DNA of 56,988 bases from Squalus acanthias (Eukaryota). Shown piece by piece: positions 42,201 to 55,171 of the stretch. Under the pieces are notes generated by a model. That model was given only the letters and a program-made list of their open reading frames with translations. It was not told the DNA's origin and searched no databases. The stretch covers positions 496,001-552,988 of the forward strand of contig JASTWF010000322.1 in the NCBI GenBank assembly GCA_030390025.1. Direction: 5' to 3'. The number at the start of each line of letters is the position of its first letter. The stretch's first letter is position 1. Position numbers and translations under genes: made by a program.

Positions 42201-45200
42201 CTGTCTCCCCATAGCCCTGTATCAATCCCCAAACTAATCCCACTGCCCCGCTCGCCCCCACAGCTCTGTATCAATCCCCAAACTAATCTCACTGCCCCGC
42301 TCGCCCCCATAGCCCTGTATCAACCCCAAACTAATCTCACTGCCCCGCGCTCTCCCCATAGCCCTGTATCAACCCCAAACTAATCCCACTGCCCCGCGCT
42401 CTCCCCATAGCCCTGTATCAACCCCAAACTAATCTCACTGTCCCGCTCTCCTCCATAGCCCTGTATCAACCCCAAACTAATCCCACTGCCCCGCTCTCTC
42501 CCCATAGCCCTGTATCAATCCCCAAACTAATCCCACTGCCCCGCTCTCTCCCCATAGCCCTGTATCAATCCCAAACTAATCCCACTGCCCCGCTCTCTCC
42601 CCATAGCCCTGTATCAATCCCAAACTAATCCCACTGCCCCGCTCTCTCCCCATAGCCCTGTATCAATCCCAAACTAATCCCACTGCCCCGCTCTCTCCCC
42701 ATAGCCCTGTATCAATCCCCAAACTAATCTCACTGCCCCGCTCTCTCCCATAGCCCTGTATCAATCCCCAAACTAATCCCACTGCCCCGCTCTCTCCCCA
42801 TAGCCCTGTATCAATCCCCAAACTAATCCCACTGCCCCGCTCTCTCCCCATAGCCCTGTATCAATCCCAAACTAATCCACTGCCCCGCTCTCCCCCATAG
42901 CCCTGTATCAATCCCCAAACTAATCCCACTGCCCCGCTCTCTCCCCAAAGCCCTGTATCAATCCCCAAACTAATCCCACTGCCCCGCTCTCTCCCCATAG
43001 CCCTGTATCAATCCCAAACTAATCCCACTGCCCCGCTCTCTCCCCATAGCCCTGTATCAATCCCCAAACTAATCCCACTGCCCCGCTCGCCCCCATAGCC
43101 CTGTATCAATCCCGAAACTAATCACACTGCCCCGCTCTCTCCTCATAGCCCTGTATCAATCCCCAAACTAATCCCACTGCCCCGCTCTCTCCCCATAGCC
43201 CTGTATCAATCCCCAAACTAATCCCACTGCCCCGCTCTCTCCCCATAGCCCTGTATCAATCCCCAAACTAATCCCACTGCCCCGCTCTCTCCCCATAGCC
43301 CTGTATCAATCCCCAAACTTATCCCACTGCCACGATCTCTCCCCATAGCCCTGTATCAATCCCCAAACTAATCCCACTGCCACGCTCTCTCCCCATAGCC
43401 CTGTATCAATCCCCAAACTAATCCCACTGCCCCGCTCTCTCCCCATAGCCCTGTATCAACCCCAAACTAATCTCACTGCCCCGCTCTCTCCCCATAGCCC
43501 TGTATCAACCCCAAACTAATCTCACTGCCCCGCTCTCTCTCCATAGCCCTCTATCAATCCCCAAACTAATCCCACTGCCCCGCTCTCTCCCCATAGCCCT
43601 GTATCAATCCCCAAACTAATCCCACTGCCACGCTCTCTCCCCATAGCCCTGTATCAATCCCCAAACTAATCCCACTGCCCCGCTCTCTCCCCATAGCCCT
43701 GTATCAACCCCAAACTAATCTCACTGCCCCGCTCTCTCCCCATAGCCTTGTATCAACCCCAAACTAATCTCACTGCCCCGCTCTCTCTCCATAGCCCTGT
43801 ATCAATACCCAAACTAATCCCACTGCCCTGCTCTCTCCCCAAAGCCCTGTATCAATCCCCAAACTAATCTCACTGCCCCACTCTCCCCATAGCCCTGTAT
43901 CAATCCCCAAACTAATCTCACTGCCCCGCTCTCTCCCCATAGCCCTGTATCAACCCCAAACTAATCTCACTGCCCCGCTCTCTCTCCATAGCCCTGTATC
44001 AATCCCCAAACTAATCCCACTGCCCTGCTTTCTCCCCAAAACTCTGTATCAATCCCCAAACTAATCCCACTGCCCCGCTCTCTCCCCATAGCCCTGTATC
44101 AATCCCCAAACTAATCTCACTGCCCCGCTCTCTCCCCATAGCAATGTATCAATCCCCAAACTAATCCCATTGCCCCGCGCTCTCCCCATAGCCCTTTATC
44201 AATCCCCAAACTAATCCCACTGCCCCGCTCTCTCCCCATAGCCCTGTATCAATCCCCAAACTAATCTCACTGCCCCGCTGTCTCCCCATAGCCCTGTATC
44301 AATCCCCAAACTAATCCCACTGCCCCGCTCGCCCCCACAGCTCTGTATCAATCCCCAAACTAATCTCACTGCCCCGCTCGCCCCCATAGCCCTGTATCAA
44401 CCCCAAACTAATCTCACTGCCCCGCGCTCTCCCCATAGCCCTGTATCAACCCCAAACTAATCCCACTGCCCCGCGCTCTCCCCATAGCCCTGTATCAACC
44501 CCAAACTAATCTCACTGTCCCGCTCTCCTCCATAGCCCTGTATGAACCCCAAACTAATCCCACTGCCCCGCGCTCTCCCCATAGCCCTGTATCAACCCCA
44601 AACTAATCCCACAGCCCCGCTCTCTCCCCATAGCCCTGTATCAATCACTAAACTAATCCCACTGCCCCGCTCGCCCCCATAGCCCTGTATCAACCCCAAT
44701 CTAATCCCACTGCCCCGCTCGCCCCCATAGCCCTGTATCAATCCTCAAACTAATCCCACTGCCCCGCTCTCTCCCCATAGCCCCGTATCAATCCCCAAAC
44801 GAATCTCACTGCCCCGCTCGCCCCCATAGCCCTGTATCAATCCCCAAACTAATCCCACTGCCCCGATCTCTCCCCAAAGCCCTGTATCAATCCCCAAACT
44901 AATTCCACTGCCCCGCTCTCTCCCCATAGCCCTGTATCAATTCCCAAACTAATCCCACTGCCCCGCTCTCTCCCCATAGCCCTGTATCAATCCCCAAACT
45001 AATCCCACTGCCCCGCTCGCCCCCATAGCCCTGTATCAATCCCGAAACTAATCACACTGCCCCGCTCGCCCCCATAGCCCTGTATCAATCCCCAAAAACT
45101 AATCTCACTGCCCCGCTCGCTCCCCATAGCCCTGTATCAATCCCCAATCTAATCCCACTGCCCCGCTCTCTCCCCTTAGCCCTGTATCAACCCCGAAATA

Positions 45201-46906
45201 ATCCCACTGCCCCGCTCTCTCCCCATAGCCCTGTATCAATCCCCAAACTAATCCCACTGCCCCGCTCTCTCCCCAAAGCCCTGTATCAATACCCAACTAA
45301 TCCCACTGCCCCGCTCTCTCCCCATAGCCCTGTATCAATCCCCAAACTAATCCCACTGCCCCGCTCTCTCCCCATAGCCCTGTATCAATCCCCAAACTAA
45401 TCCCACTGCCCCGCTCTCTCCCCATAGCCCTGTATCAATCCCCAAACTTATCCCACTGCCCCGCTCTCTCCCCATAGCCCTGTATCAATCCCCAAACTAA
45501 TCCCACTGCCCCGCTCTCTCCCCAAAGCCCTGTATCAATACCCAACTAATCCCACTGCCCCGCTCTCTCCCCATAGCCCTGTATCAATCCCCAAACTAAT
45601 CTCACTGCCCCGCCCTCTCCCCATAGCTCTGTATCAATCCCCAAACTAATCTAACTGGCCTGATCGCCCCCATAGCCCTGTATCAATCCCCAAACTAATC
45701 CCACAGCCCCGCTCTCTCCCCATAGCTCTGCATCAATCCCCAAACTAATCTCACTGCCCCGCCCTCTCCCCATAGCCCTGTATCAATCCCCAAACTAATC
45801 CCACAGCCCCGCCCTCTCCCCATAGCTCTGTATCAATCCACAACTAATCCCACAGCACCGCCCTCTCCCCATAGCTCTGTATCAATCCCCAAACTAATCC
45901 CACTGCCCCGCTCTCTCCCCATAGCCCTGTATCAATCCCCAAACTAATCCCACTGCCCCGCTCTGTCCCCATAGCCCTGTATCAATCCCCAAACTAATCC
46001 CACTGCCCCGCTCTCTCCCCAAAGCCCTGTATCAATACCCAACTAATCCCACTGCCCCGCTCTCTCCCCATAGCCCTGTATCAATCCCCAAACTAATCTC
46101 ACTGCCCCGCCCTCTCCCCATAGCTCTGTATCAATCCCCAAACTAATCTAACTGGCCTGATCGCCCCCATAGCCCTGTATCAATCCCCAAACTAATCCCA
46201 CAGCCCCGCTCTCTCCCCATAGCTCTGCATCAATCCCCAAACTAATCTCACTGCCCCGCCCTCTCCCCATAGCCCTGTATCAATCCCCAAACTAATCCCA
46301 CAGCCCCGCCCTCTCCCCATAGCTCTGTATCAATCCACAACTAATCCCACAGCACCGCCCTCTCCCCATAGCTCTGTATCAATCCCCAAACTAATCCCAC
46401 TGCCCCGCTCTCTCCCCATAGCCCTGTATCAATCCCCAAACTAATCCCACTGCCCCGCTCTATCCCCATAGCCCTGTATCAATCCCCAAACTAATCCCAC
46501 TGCCCCGCTCTCTCCCCATAGCCCTGTATCAATCCCAAACTAATCACACTGCCCCGCTCTCTCCCCATAGCCCTGTATCAATCCCCAAACTAATCGCACT
46601 GCCCCGCTCTCTCCCCATAGCCCTGTATCAATCCCCAAAAACTAATCCCACTGCCCCACTCTCCCCATAGCCCTGCATCAATCCCCAAACTAATCCCACT
46701 GCCCCGCTCTCTCCCCATAGCCCTGTATCAATCCCCAAACTAATCGCACTGCCCCGCTCTCTCCCAATAGCCCTGTATCAATCCCCAAACTAATCGCACT
46801 GCCCCGCTCTCTCCCCATAGCCCTGTATCAATCCCCAAACTAATCCCACTGCCTCGCTCTCTCCCCATAGCCCTGTATCAATCCCCAAACTAATCGCACT
46901 GCCCCG
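36292..46906. repeat. ~10.6-kb 50-bp minisatellite (~210 units) with block duplications
   Basis: Same unit as 3552-4998; abuts a CR1 3' tail on the left and a proviral LTR on the right. Confidence 0.97.
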
Positions 46907-48569
46907 TGTAGAATTCGCAATATATCGCGATTTTATTAATAAGGAGAAAAACACAGAGTTTCGTTCAAACAGCTTTTATTTCAGCAGAATGCTGACAGGT
47001 TTAAAGTGGACACAAGCAGCCTGTAAAATGGCCGCCGCACCTCGTGACAGAACATTCTAGACTTTTCAACAGGCAGACAAGATGGCGTTCCAATAAACAT
47101 TTGTGCAAGATCGATTAAGATTCAGCACAGCGAAGATAATGCACGAGACATTATGGGTTTGCAGTATACACATAAATACTGAAATCGGTCTCCCAGTTAC
47201 GAATGAAAGCTATTGTACCGAGTAATCAGGGGCCCATCCAAAAGACATTAATATGTAAAATCCCAACGACTCTACGATGAGAGAGCCGTTAGCAGGTAGT
47301 TATACAAAACACTTGGAAGCCCCAAGACCCCTCCAGGGAGAACACCGACCGATTTAACAATGGGAGAAATATTAACAGGTACTCAGACATTTACGAGTAG
47401 CCCCGAAACCTATTAAGAACGGAGATCACCCATACAAGACATTTGAGCGCCAGACCCTAAACAAAAGAATGGACATTAAGGTTGGGCGGGAAACGGAAGA
47501 TTTTGCACTATAATTGCAGGCTCCAAACCGTCCATCTCTCTCTTATCTTGTTCGTAACCTCGTGGCTGCTCCTGTGCTCTTATTCTCTTATCCTCGTGGC
47601 TGCTCCTGTGTACTCGTAGTCGGGCTCCTGCTTGCCTGTTGCCTCTTTGAAAAGGACTGTTGAACTTTCTGATCCGTTCGGATCTACCTCGTGTCGCGTA
47701 ACGAAGACCTATGTTGGTAACTGGCAGCGGAACCAAAGGCCCGAGATGAGATGAGATGAGACGAGATGAGATGAGAAGAGAGGAAGACCATATTCATCGC
47801 CACGGTCAGTAAATCCCGACCGCGCCTGTAGGTCGAATAGCCAAGTTTTCCTTGCCAGGGAGACTTCTTCGAACTTGCAAAGAACATATCACATCGATGA
47901 TATTGACTGAACTGTGCTCAGAAAAGTACCTGTTAAACCAACCAACACAGGTCTTCATCACAGCAGACGGTCCAGCCTGCTAGCCGGAGCAGCAGAAGCA
48001 AGTAAACAAGTGGGACCAGGAGATCTCCTGACCGACACGTGGGTGCTGCGGTGAAAAACATCCGATCAGCTATTCGGAATTTCTCCGAGTTATCACGAGT
48101 GGTGAGCATGAGTCTCGAAATCCTACGAATCTGGTTAGGATAGATATTGATAGGGGAGGGTTTAAGGATTAAGGATATTTGTAATGTGTGCCCCTATTTA
48201 CGGTGTGCCGTTCGTTCCTCGTTTTCCCTAAGATCGACTATATAACTGCTTGTAAGATTGTACTGTCATTAATCTGTGCTTATGACATGTATTTCATAAT
48301 CTTAAGTATCATGCAATAAAGATTTTCCATTTCGTACCATTCAACCGAGTCTACATGAGTTTCATCTCCATTACTGCTCTCGCATCTAAGTCCAGTGTCT
48401 AGAACCGTAAGGGCGAGTGATTCGAACCACTCACAGGTGTGTCTAGTGTTCCCAGACTGGCTGGAGACCAGAACAGGCAACAAGGCCTAGACCCGCACTG
48501 ACATACAGGCTGCACAGAGCCGCGTGAATCTCACAGGCTGCGAGACACGCAGGGTCAGAATCCCTTACA
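46907..48569 (+). repeat. 5' LTR of provirus 2 (1663 bp)
   Basis: TGTAGAATTCG...CCCTTACA; homologous to the copy-1 LTR with many substitutions and indels. Confidence 0.93.
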
Positions 48570-48573
48570 GAAA

Positions 48574-50385
48574 ATGGCGACCGCGGCAGGACACTGGCAG
48601 CGAGAGGTTAGTGTGTTAGACTTTGGAATGACTGTACGAAATGTTATGCAGGAAAAGATAGCAGATTATGTGTTCGGAAAGGTTAATCTAACTAAGAAGT
48701 GGATAAGTGAATTGTTAGCGGATAAAAGCCCGCTAGAGGCAGCCGAAAGGTGGACAGATAGTAAAGAACATAAAAAGACGCTTGAGAAAGCAGTCTGGCT
48801 TATGTGTTACAAAAGGCAGGTTCAGATTTCAAACCAGACCATTACAGCGCTAGTAGCTCGAATCAGTCATTTAGAGGGAGAAATGGATGAGAAGGTTTCT
48901 GGAGGGGAGGTGCTCATTAAGAATTTAAATGAGTTGCACCAAGAAAGCCAGGAAATCTCCAGTCACCTTAAAACAAGGATAGATTATCTCGAGTGCCAGG
49001 TCACTGAGGCAAAGTTGAATGAGAGCAGGTTAAAGGAAAGAGGTAACCGCCAAGCTGCCCAGATAAGAATTCAAGAAGAGAGCTTAACGGGGGTTCGGGC
49101 GGCATATAAGTTGGCCCTTGAGGATAAGTTTGAGGGAGCCGACCATAGCGCCTGCCAAAGGGAGATAGAGCACCTCAAGAAGGCCGTGAACAAAGCGAAC
49201 GGCATGGTGTGCCTGATCAGTCCGTCAGCACACCAGCCGTTAGTAGGTGAGAAGTTTAAGAAATCCCCACCAAGTAAAGCAGAAGAAGTAGTAGCCACTG
49301 CGCCCTCCGCGCCACCCAGCTATTCGGAAACCTGGGTAAGGGAGGAAGCAATGGAAGAAACAAAAGAGCCCATTGAGAAAGAAGTAGGAAAGGGACCGTT
49401 GTATCCAGTAACGGGTATTAAAAGGGGCCCAAACAGAAACGGTGGGGAAGAACGGGGGGATCTCCTCGGACAGCTTGTGTTGCCTCACAGCTCACACCAG
49501 CTGAGAGCTATGATAAATCACGTACGGAAGCTAACCGAGTCAGACGACCCTTCCGTACATTTCAGAGAAGTTGAGCAAGCCGCAGCCATTAACGGCTGCG
49601 ATGATGGGGAAACAGCAAAAATGCTGCTGTTCTCACTAGACAGCTCGGTCCTCCAGTGTCTCTCGGGCGAGAGCAAGAGGGGAACCAAGAGTTATGAGGA
49701 ATTGAGGGACGAGGTCCTGGAAGTGTTGGGGGCGAACGATGAAGGTCCGTTTGCTAGAGTGGGACAGACAGTGCAGATGGAGGGAGAACCCCCGAAGGTT
49801 TTTGCCGACAGGCTGTGGCCAGTATATGAGCGCAGCTGCCTAGGTGCGCCCGAGCGCGAAGATGTGGAAGGCACCGCTTTAACTCATTGGCTTAGGTGCA
49901 TAATAACCAACAGTTTACCAGCCGTCAGAGAGCAGGCAAAAGCATGGTTTGATCCCAATGACCCCAACATTACGGAAGAGTCGGTCTTGAATCGACTCAC
50001 GTTAGGATATCGCAATATAAGGGGTATGGCAACACGTCCCCTTAAGGGAAGAGTACATGAGGTACGACCCGCAGCCCCGTATCAAAGAGAGTGGCATCAG
50101 GAGGGTAATCGCGCCCCACAGGCAAGTAATGCTTGTTACGGGTGTGGGAAGACAGGGCACTGGCGCAAGCATTGCAGGAACCCTTGGAAGGATTCCAAGG
50201 ATAAAAATCCCGCGGTCCGAGCCCAGGCGCCTGTCCCGGCTAAGGAAGCTAAGGCACCCACCCCTCCCGACGACATCGAAGTAGTGTTAGGAGCCATGCG
50301 CAATCTAATCTTGAGTGCACGTGGACAGGTGGCGGTCGCAACCGGCCCAGTAGGTGCCGCAGGACCGTCTAATAGTACCCCATGA
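48574..50385 (+). CDS. gag: Gag of provirus 2 (603 aa)
   Basis: Same motifs as copy 1; ends TGA-CTAG. Confidence 0.92.
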   Translation: MATAAGHWQREVSVLDFGMTVRNVMQEKIADYVFGKVNLTKKWISELLADKSPLEAAERWTDSKEHKKTLEKAVWLMCYKRQVQISNQTITALVARISHLEGEMDEKVSGGEVLIKNLNELHQESQEISSHLKTRIDYLECQVTEAKLNESRLKERGNRQAAQIRIQEESLTGVRAAYKLALEDKFEGADHSACQREIEHLKKAVNKANGMVCLISPSAHQPLVGEKFKKSPPSKAEEVVATAPSAPPSYSETWVREEAMEETKEPIEKEVGKGPLYPVTGIKRGPNRNGGEERGDLLGQLVLPHSSHQLRAMINHVRKLTESDDPSVHFREVEQAAAINGCDDGETAKMLLFSLDSSVLQCLSGESKRGTKSYEELRDEVLEVLGANDEGPFARVGQTVQMEGEPPKVFADRLWPVYERSCLGAPEREDVEGTALTHWLRCIITNSLPAVREQAKAWFDPNDPNITEESVLNRLTLGYRNIRGMATRPLKGRVHEVRPAAPYQREWHQEGNRAPQASNACYGCGKTGHWRKHCRNPWKDSKDKNPAVRAQAPVPAKEAKAPTPPDDIEVVLGAMRNLILSARGQVAVATGPVGAAGPSNSTP

Positions 50386-53300
50386 CTAGAACCGGCGCAG
50401 CCCGTCTACCTGTGTCCGCTTAGCTATGATGCGTGGAAGCGACCTTTGGTGGAGATGGAGGTAGAGAAACAGAGGGGTAGTTATTTGTTGGACACGGGAG
50501 CTTCTTGCACCATAATCCATACAGATAACCCTTTTGACTCGCCGCTATCTACCAGGGTCCCATTCACGTTAGCGGGGTTCACAGGAAAAGAACAGGCTGG
50601 CACGTTTTCCCTTCCGCTATCCATTCGTTTAGGAACACTTCGCCTTAAGTGGAAGTGTATACTGATGGCATGGCAGGAGGGGGGTGGAAGAGGTATTCTC
50701 GGGTCTGATCTCCTAGCGGGACACGGGATCCTCGTGGACCTCAGAAATCACTGTCTCTGGGGGGCTAAGGGTGAAAAAGGCGAGGTAATAGTGATTCCGG
50801 GGGAGGAAGAAACAGGGGTCCTGTGTACCGTACAGCCATCCGGAGGCTACGACCTCAGGCTTATGGTCGCAGATGTCCCAACGGACATGCAAACGTACGT
50901 GTCAGATAATATGCACGCGTTTGCAACCCACAAGCACGATTGTGGGAGGGTGGTCGGGTTTGAGGTCAGCGTAGATGGGGACCCCATGACCCGACCCCAA
51001 AAGCAGTATAACTTCCCCAAAGAAGCAGAACCCGATATGGAGACAGCAATGTCCTCCTTGGTGCAGCAGGGCGTGTTGAGGCCGATAGCTACACACGTGA
51101 ACTCCCCATTATGGCCGGTTAGGAAGCCGGATAATTCGTGGAGAGCCACGGTGGACTACAGAGTCCTTAACAGTAACATTCCCGCCTGCGCGCCCACGGT
51201 AGCAGCAGTTGCTGACCTAATAGGGAGCATCCCAGCGTCCGCGACCACGTTCACGGTGCTGGATATCTCGAACGGTTTTTGGTCCATCCCGCTGAGGCGA
51301 GAGGACCAGTACAAGTTTGCCTTTACTTTCAAAGGACAACAGTACACATGGAACTGTCTGCCACAGGGTTTCCACAATAGCCCCAGTATTTTCCATCAGT
51401 GTATGGCAGGAAGTTTAAAGGAGTTTAGTCAGCCCAATCAGATAGTGCAGTATGTGGATGATTTGCTCCTATTTACGGACTCAAGGGAGGAGCATGGACC
51501 ACTACTGGACGAGTTATTGGAGCTGTTAGCGAGAAAGGGTTTTAAAATAAACCCTAAGAAGGCACGTATCGGTCAGCGGGAAGTAAAATTCCTGGGACTG
51601 ACCATACGCGCTGGGGAAAGAGCCATAGACAAAGCAAGGAGGGAGTCGGTGCAAGAATTACCGATTCCCAACAACGTAAGGGGTGTGAGGTCCTTCTTGG
51701 GACTGACCGGTTACTGCAGGGATTTTATCGAAGATTATGCGGCCACAGCAGCGCCGCTCCTCCGACTCCTCCATAAGGGGGTGGAGTGGTTTTGGGACGA
51801 GGGCTGCCAAGCAGCCTTCGAGAAGTTAAAAAGGGATCTGCAGACCGCGCCAGCCTTAGGGGCCATAGATGGGGGGAAGGAGTTTTTCCTGGAGGTAGCT
51901 GCCAGCGGAGACAGCTTAAGCGCCGTACTGCTCCAAGAGCGTCACGGCAAGCTGAGGCCGGTTGTCTATTCATCCAGGGTGTTAACGGATGTGGAGAGAA
52001 GTTTCTCCAATTGCGAAAGGCACCTTTTAGCCACGCATTGGGCTGTGAAAAGATCAGCGATCTTCACAGGGCTCTCTCCCATCACTCTCCTCACACATCA
52101 CACACCAACTAAGATGCTTCTGGATGGGAGGATTAAAGACGGGACCGTAAGCAGCGCGCGCATTGCGCGTTGGACCCTTCTTCTCTCCCAGTTGGATCTT
52201 AGAGTAAAAGGTCTTTGCGAGCCCAGGCTTGCGGCCAATTTGGTATACCCCGGTACAGCCCACCGGTGTTCGGTGGAAGGGGTGTGGGACGTCAACATAG
52301 GTTTACGGGCCGGGATACATCCCACTGGGCGCGAGATTTATGTTGATGGGTCTAGCACAGTATCTGCTGGCGAGCGACTCACAGGGTGTGGAGTTTATGA
52401 CCCTGCGGCAGACCTTGCCCTGGCGATCAAGCTCCCTAGCACCATGAGCGCGCAGCAAGCTGAGCTGTCTGCCGTGGTGTACGTTGTGACCCACCCAGAC
52501 ATTTTCCCAACCCCATACACGATTTGCTCGGACAGTATGTTCACCTGCAATTCGTGTACGGAATACCTGGCCATTTGGTCCCGCCGTGGATACACCTCCG
52601 CGGACGGGCGACCTTTAACGGTGAAGCCCTTGCTGGAAAAGATCTTAGCAGCAGCAGTAGGGGAGGAAGGAGAGATTTTCATCCATAAGGTGAAAGCTCA
52701 CTCCTCCACAGAGCCCCGTGGGGAGGGCAACCAGCAGGCGGATGCGCTAGCCAGGGAAGGTGCCCGCAACGGCATTTTCTGGAACCCCTATGGGACCAGA
52801 CCCATAGCAGCGATCCGAGGCAGGGACGGGAATCCCGGGAACACCAGGGTAGCATTGCCCCTAGACCTTAAGACCGTCCAAGCCCAGGATCCCGCCCTAA
52901 AAGCAGTCCTAAAAACCATTGCTGAGGGGAGGCAGGTAGAAGGTCCGTACAGTACGGCAACCCTCTCAGTTAAGGAAGGCATGCTGTTCCGCGAGGAGCA
53001 GTGGGTTGTGCCGCAGCAGCACAGGAGGGAATTCCTCCAGTTGGCTCACGAGGGACCAGGGGCAGGGCACCCCGGGCCCGAGGTCACCTGGCAACGGGTA
53101 GAGCAAGCAGGATGGTGGCCAGGGCTCAGGGAACAAGTCCGCGAGTTCTGTGCAAACTGTCTTGTGTGCGCTGCAAACAACCCAGACCCCCAGAAAAGGA
53201 AGGTGCCCATGGGACACGTAAGAAGGGTAGAGGGACCATGGCAGTCGATACAGATCGACTATATAGGACCCCTGCCCACCACCCAGGGAGGTTATAAGTA

Positions 53301-54922
53301 CTGCCTCGTCTTGGTGGATGTGTTTTCCAAGTGGGTGGAAGCCTTCCCTTGTCGAACAGCTACGGCACTGGGTACAGCAAAAATCTTGGTCCGGGAAGTG
53401 TTCTCGCGGTGGGGACTTCCCCGTTTTGTGGAGTCAGACCAAGGGAGTCATTTCACCGGCCAGGTGATGCAGAACACCCTCATGCTTTTGGGCATTGAAG
53501 GGAAGTGGCACGTAGCACACAATCCCCAGTCATCCGGGATTGTTGAACGCATGAACCGGACCCTGAAGGAGAAATTGAGGAAAGAGACTAGGAACTCGCC
53601 CCAAAAATGGGCGGAAGTTCTGCCTTTAGTCCTCATGGGGGTCCGGGCCAGTCAGTCAAAAAGTACGGGGTACTCCCCGCACGAGGTGATGACTGGGAGG
53701 CTCATGCGAACCCCCACCCATGTGCTAGCGCCGGTGCTCACTGAGGGCCAGCTCCAAGAGATAAGCAGAGACAAGTTCGCCCAGACTCTCTTGGAGCGCC
53801 TGAAGCAGGTTTATGAACAGGCGGCTGGGAACATGGGAAGGCAGCATCAGGGCAATCGCTTGTTGCTGGAACCCCGCAAAACGCGGGAGTGGGAAGTAGG
53901 AGACCAAGTCATGGTCAGAAACTACGCCAGAGTAGGGAGTCTGGAACCACTGTATATGGGACCCTACAACATTGTAGACAAGGCGAAGTCCCATGGTTTA
54001 CGCCGTAAAAGTACCTCGGCGCACTAAGTGGTTCCACATAAACCAATGCAAACTGTACCAGCCAGGTGCGCAAGGGAAAACTACAGGGGTAAATCCCGCC
54101 AGTGGGAAAGCACAGCCCCAGGTAGGACCACAAGGCACACAGGCAGGCATAGCAGCTTGCATCAGGGGAAGGGACATCCCGGACGATCATACAGCGTTTT
54201 TCTGGAATTGGGGGTTAGATGAGGAAGAATTCAGGGTACCCGGGTCAGATGAGGATAGTGCAGATGAGGATAGTGATGACGACGGGTGGTTTCGGAGGAA
54301 CGGTCCCGTTTACGATATGGAGGGAATGGGGGCTGCAGATAGAGATCCACACAGGGTGGACACACAAGCTGCAGGTCCCGAAGACAGGAGGGAGGAGCTA
54401 GGGGAGGCGGGGCCAGCCGCTATGGGAGCACAGAGAGTACCGGTGTGGCTCCCAGAGATGTGGCCGCCCGCTTTGAACGTCCCGTCCTCGGGGGAGGCAG
54501 AGATCACGAGTGAAGGGCCGCCTGCTGGGCCGAGCAGGGCGGAGCCACAAACTGCAAGCCCCGAGGTTAGGGAGGCGGAGTCAGCGGAGGCGGAGCCAGC
54601 GACTGTGGTGGAACCCCAGGTCATCCCGATGGAAGTCTCGGAACCCGGTCCATCCGTCACGGAACCCCCGCCCATAGCAACTCCCCGTAGGTCAAGTAGA
54701 GAACCCCAGCCCAGGAGGATGTGGTCATGTCCCCAGACTGCCCCAAGGCGTAAAATTAAGGTTAAGATAACCCAGATACAGGCCGGCCACATCGCAGCAG
54801 TAACAGGCTGCGGCAGATCAGAGGGAAGGGTCAGTGCCCTCCCACCGTCGGAAGAGCTCGCAGCAGCCTTCTCAGAATTTAAAGGGGCCGCCCTGAGAAC
54901 GGGCGGCACTGTAAAGTTATAA
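50386..54922 (+). CDS. pol: Pol of provirus 2 with a +1 frameshift at ~53985 (after the IN core)
   Basis: ORFs 50446-54027 and 53993-54922; aaggcGaagtccc versus copy-1 aaggcaagtccc. Confidence 0.88.
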
Positions 54923-55171
54923 GTTTTAAGTTTTAAGTTTATAGTTCAAGGTTAAGTTTATAGTTTTTTTGATAAGGTTAAGATTGTAGTGTTTTTAACA
55001 GAAAACGATAAAATGATGGGAGCTTTAAAGATAGGTTTAGTTAAAGTTTATTCAGCGAACGTGGAAGTTTACGTGAGGCGAGGTCAGGGGACCCGCTCAC
55101 CCTTCACAGAAGCCAGAGACTCTTGCGAGGCTGGCTACCTCATTCTATCTGATCACAGGAACCAAGGAAGG

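Noticed and set aside
36666..45296. Many minus-strand ORFs (GERAGQWD...)
   Set aside because: Satellite translations with frame drift; informative only about CR1 origin.
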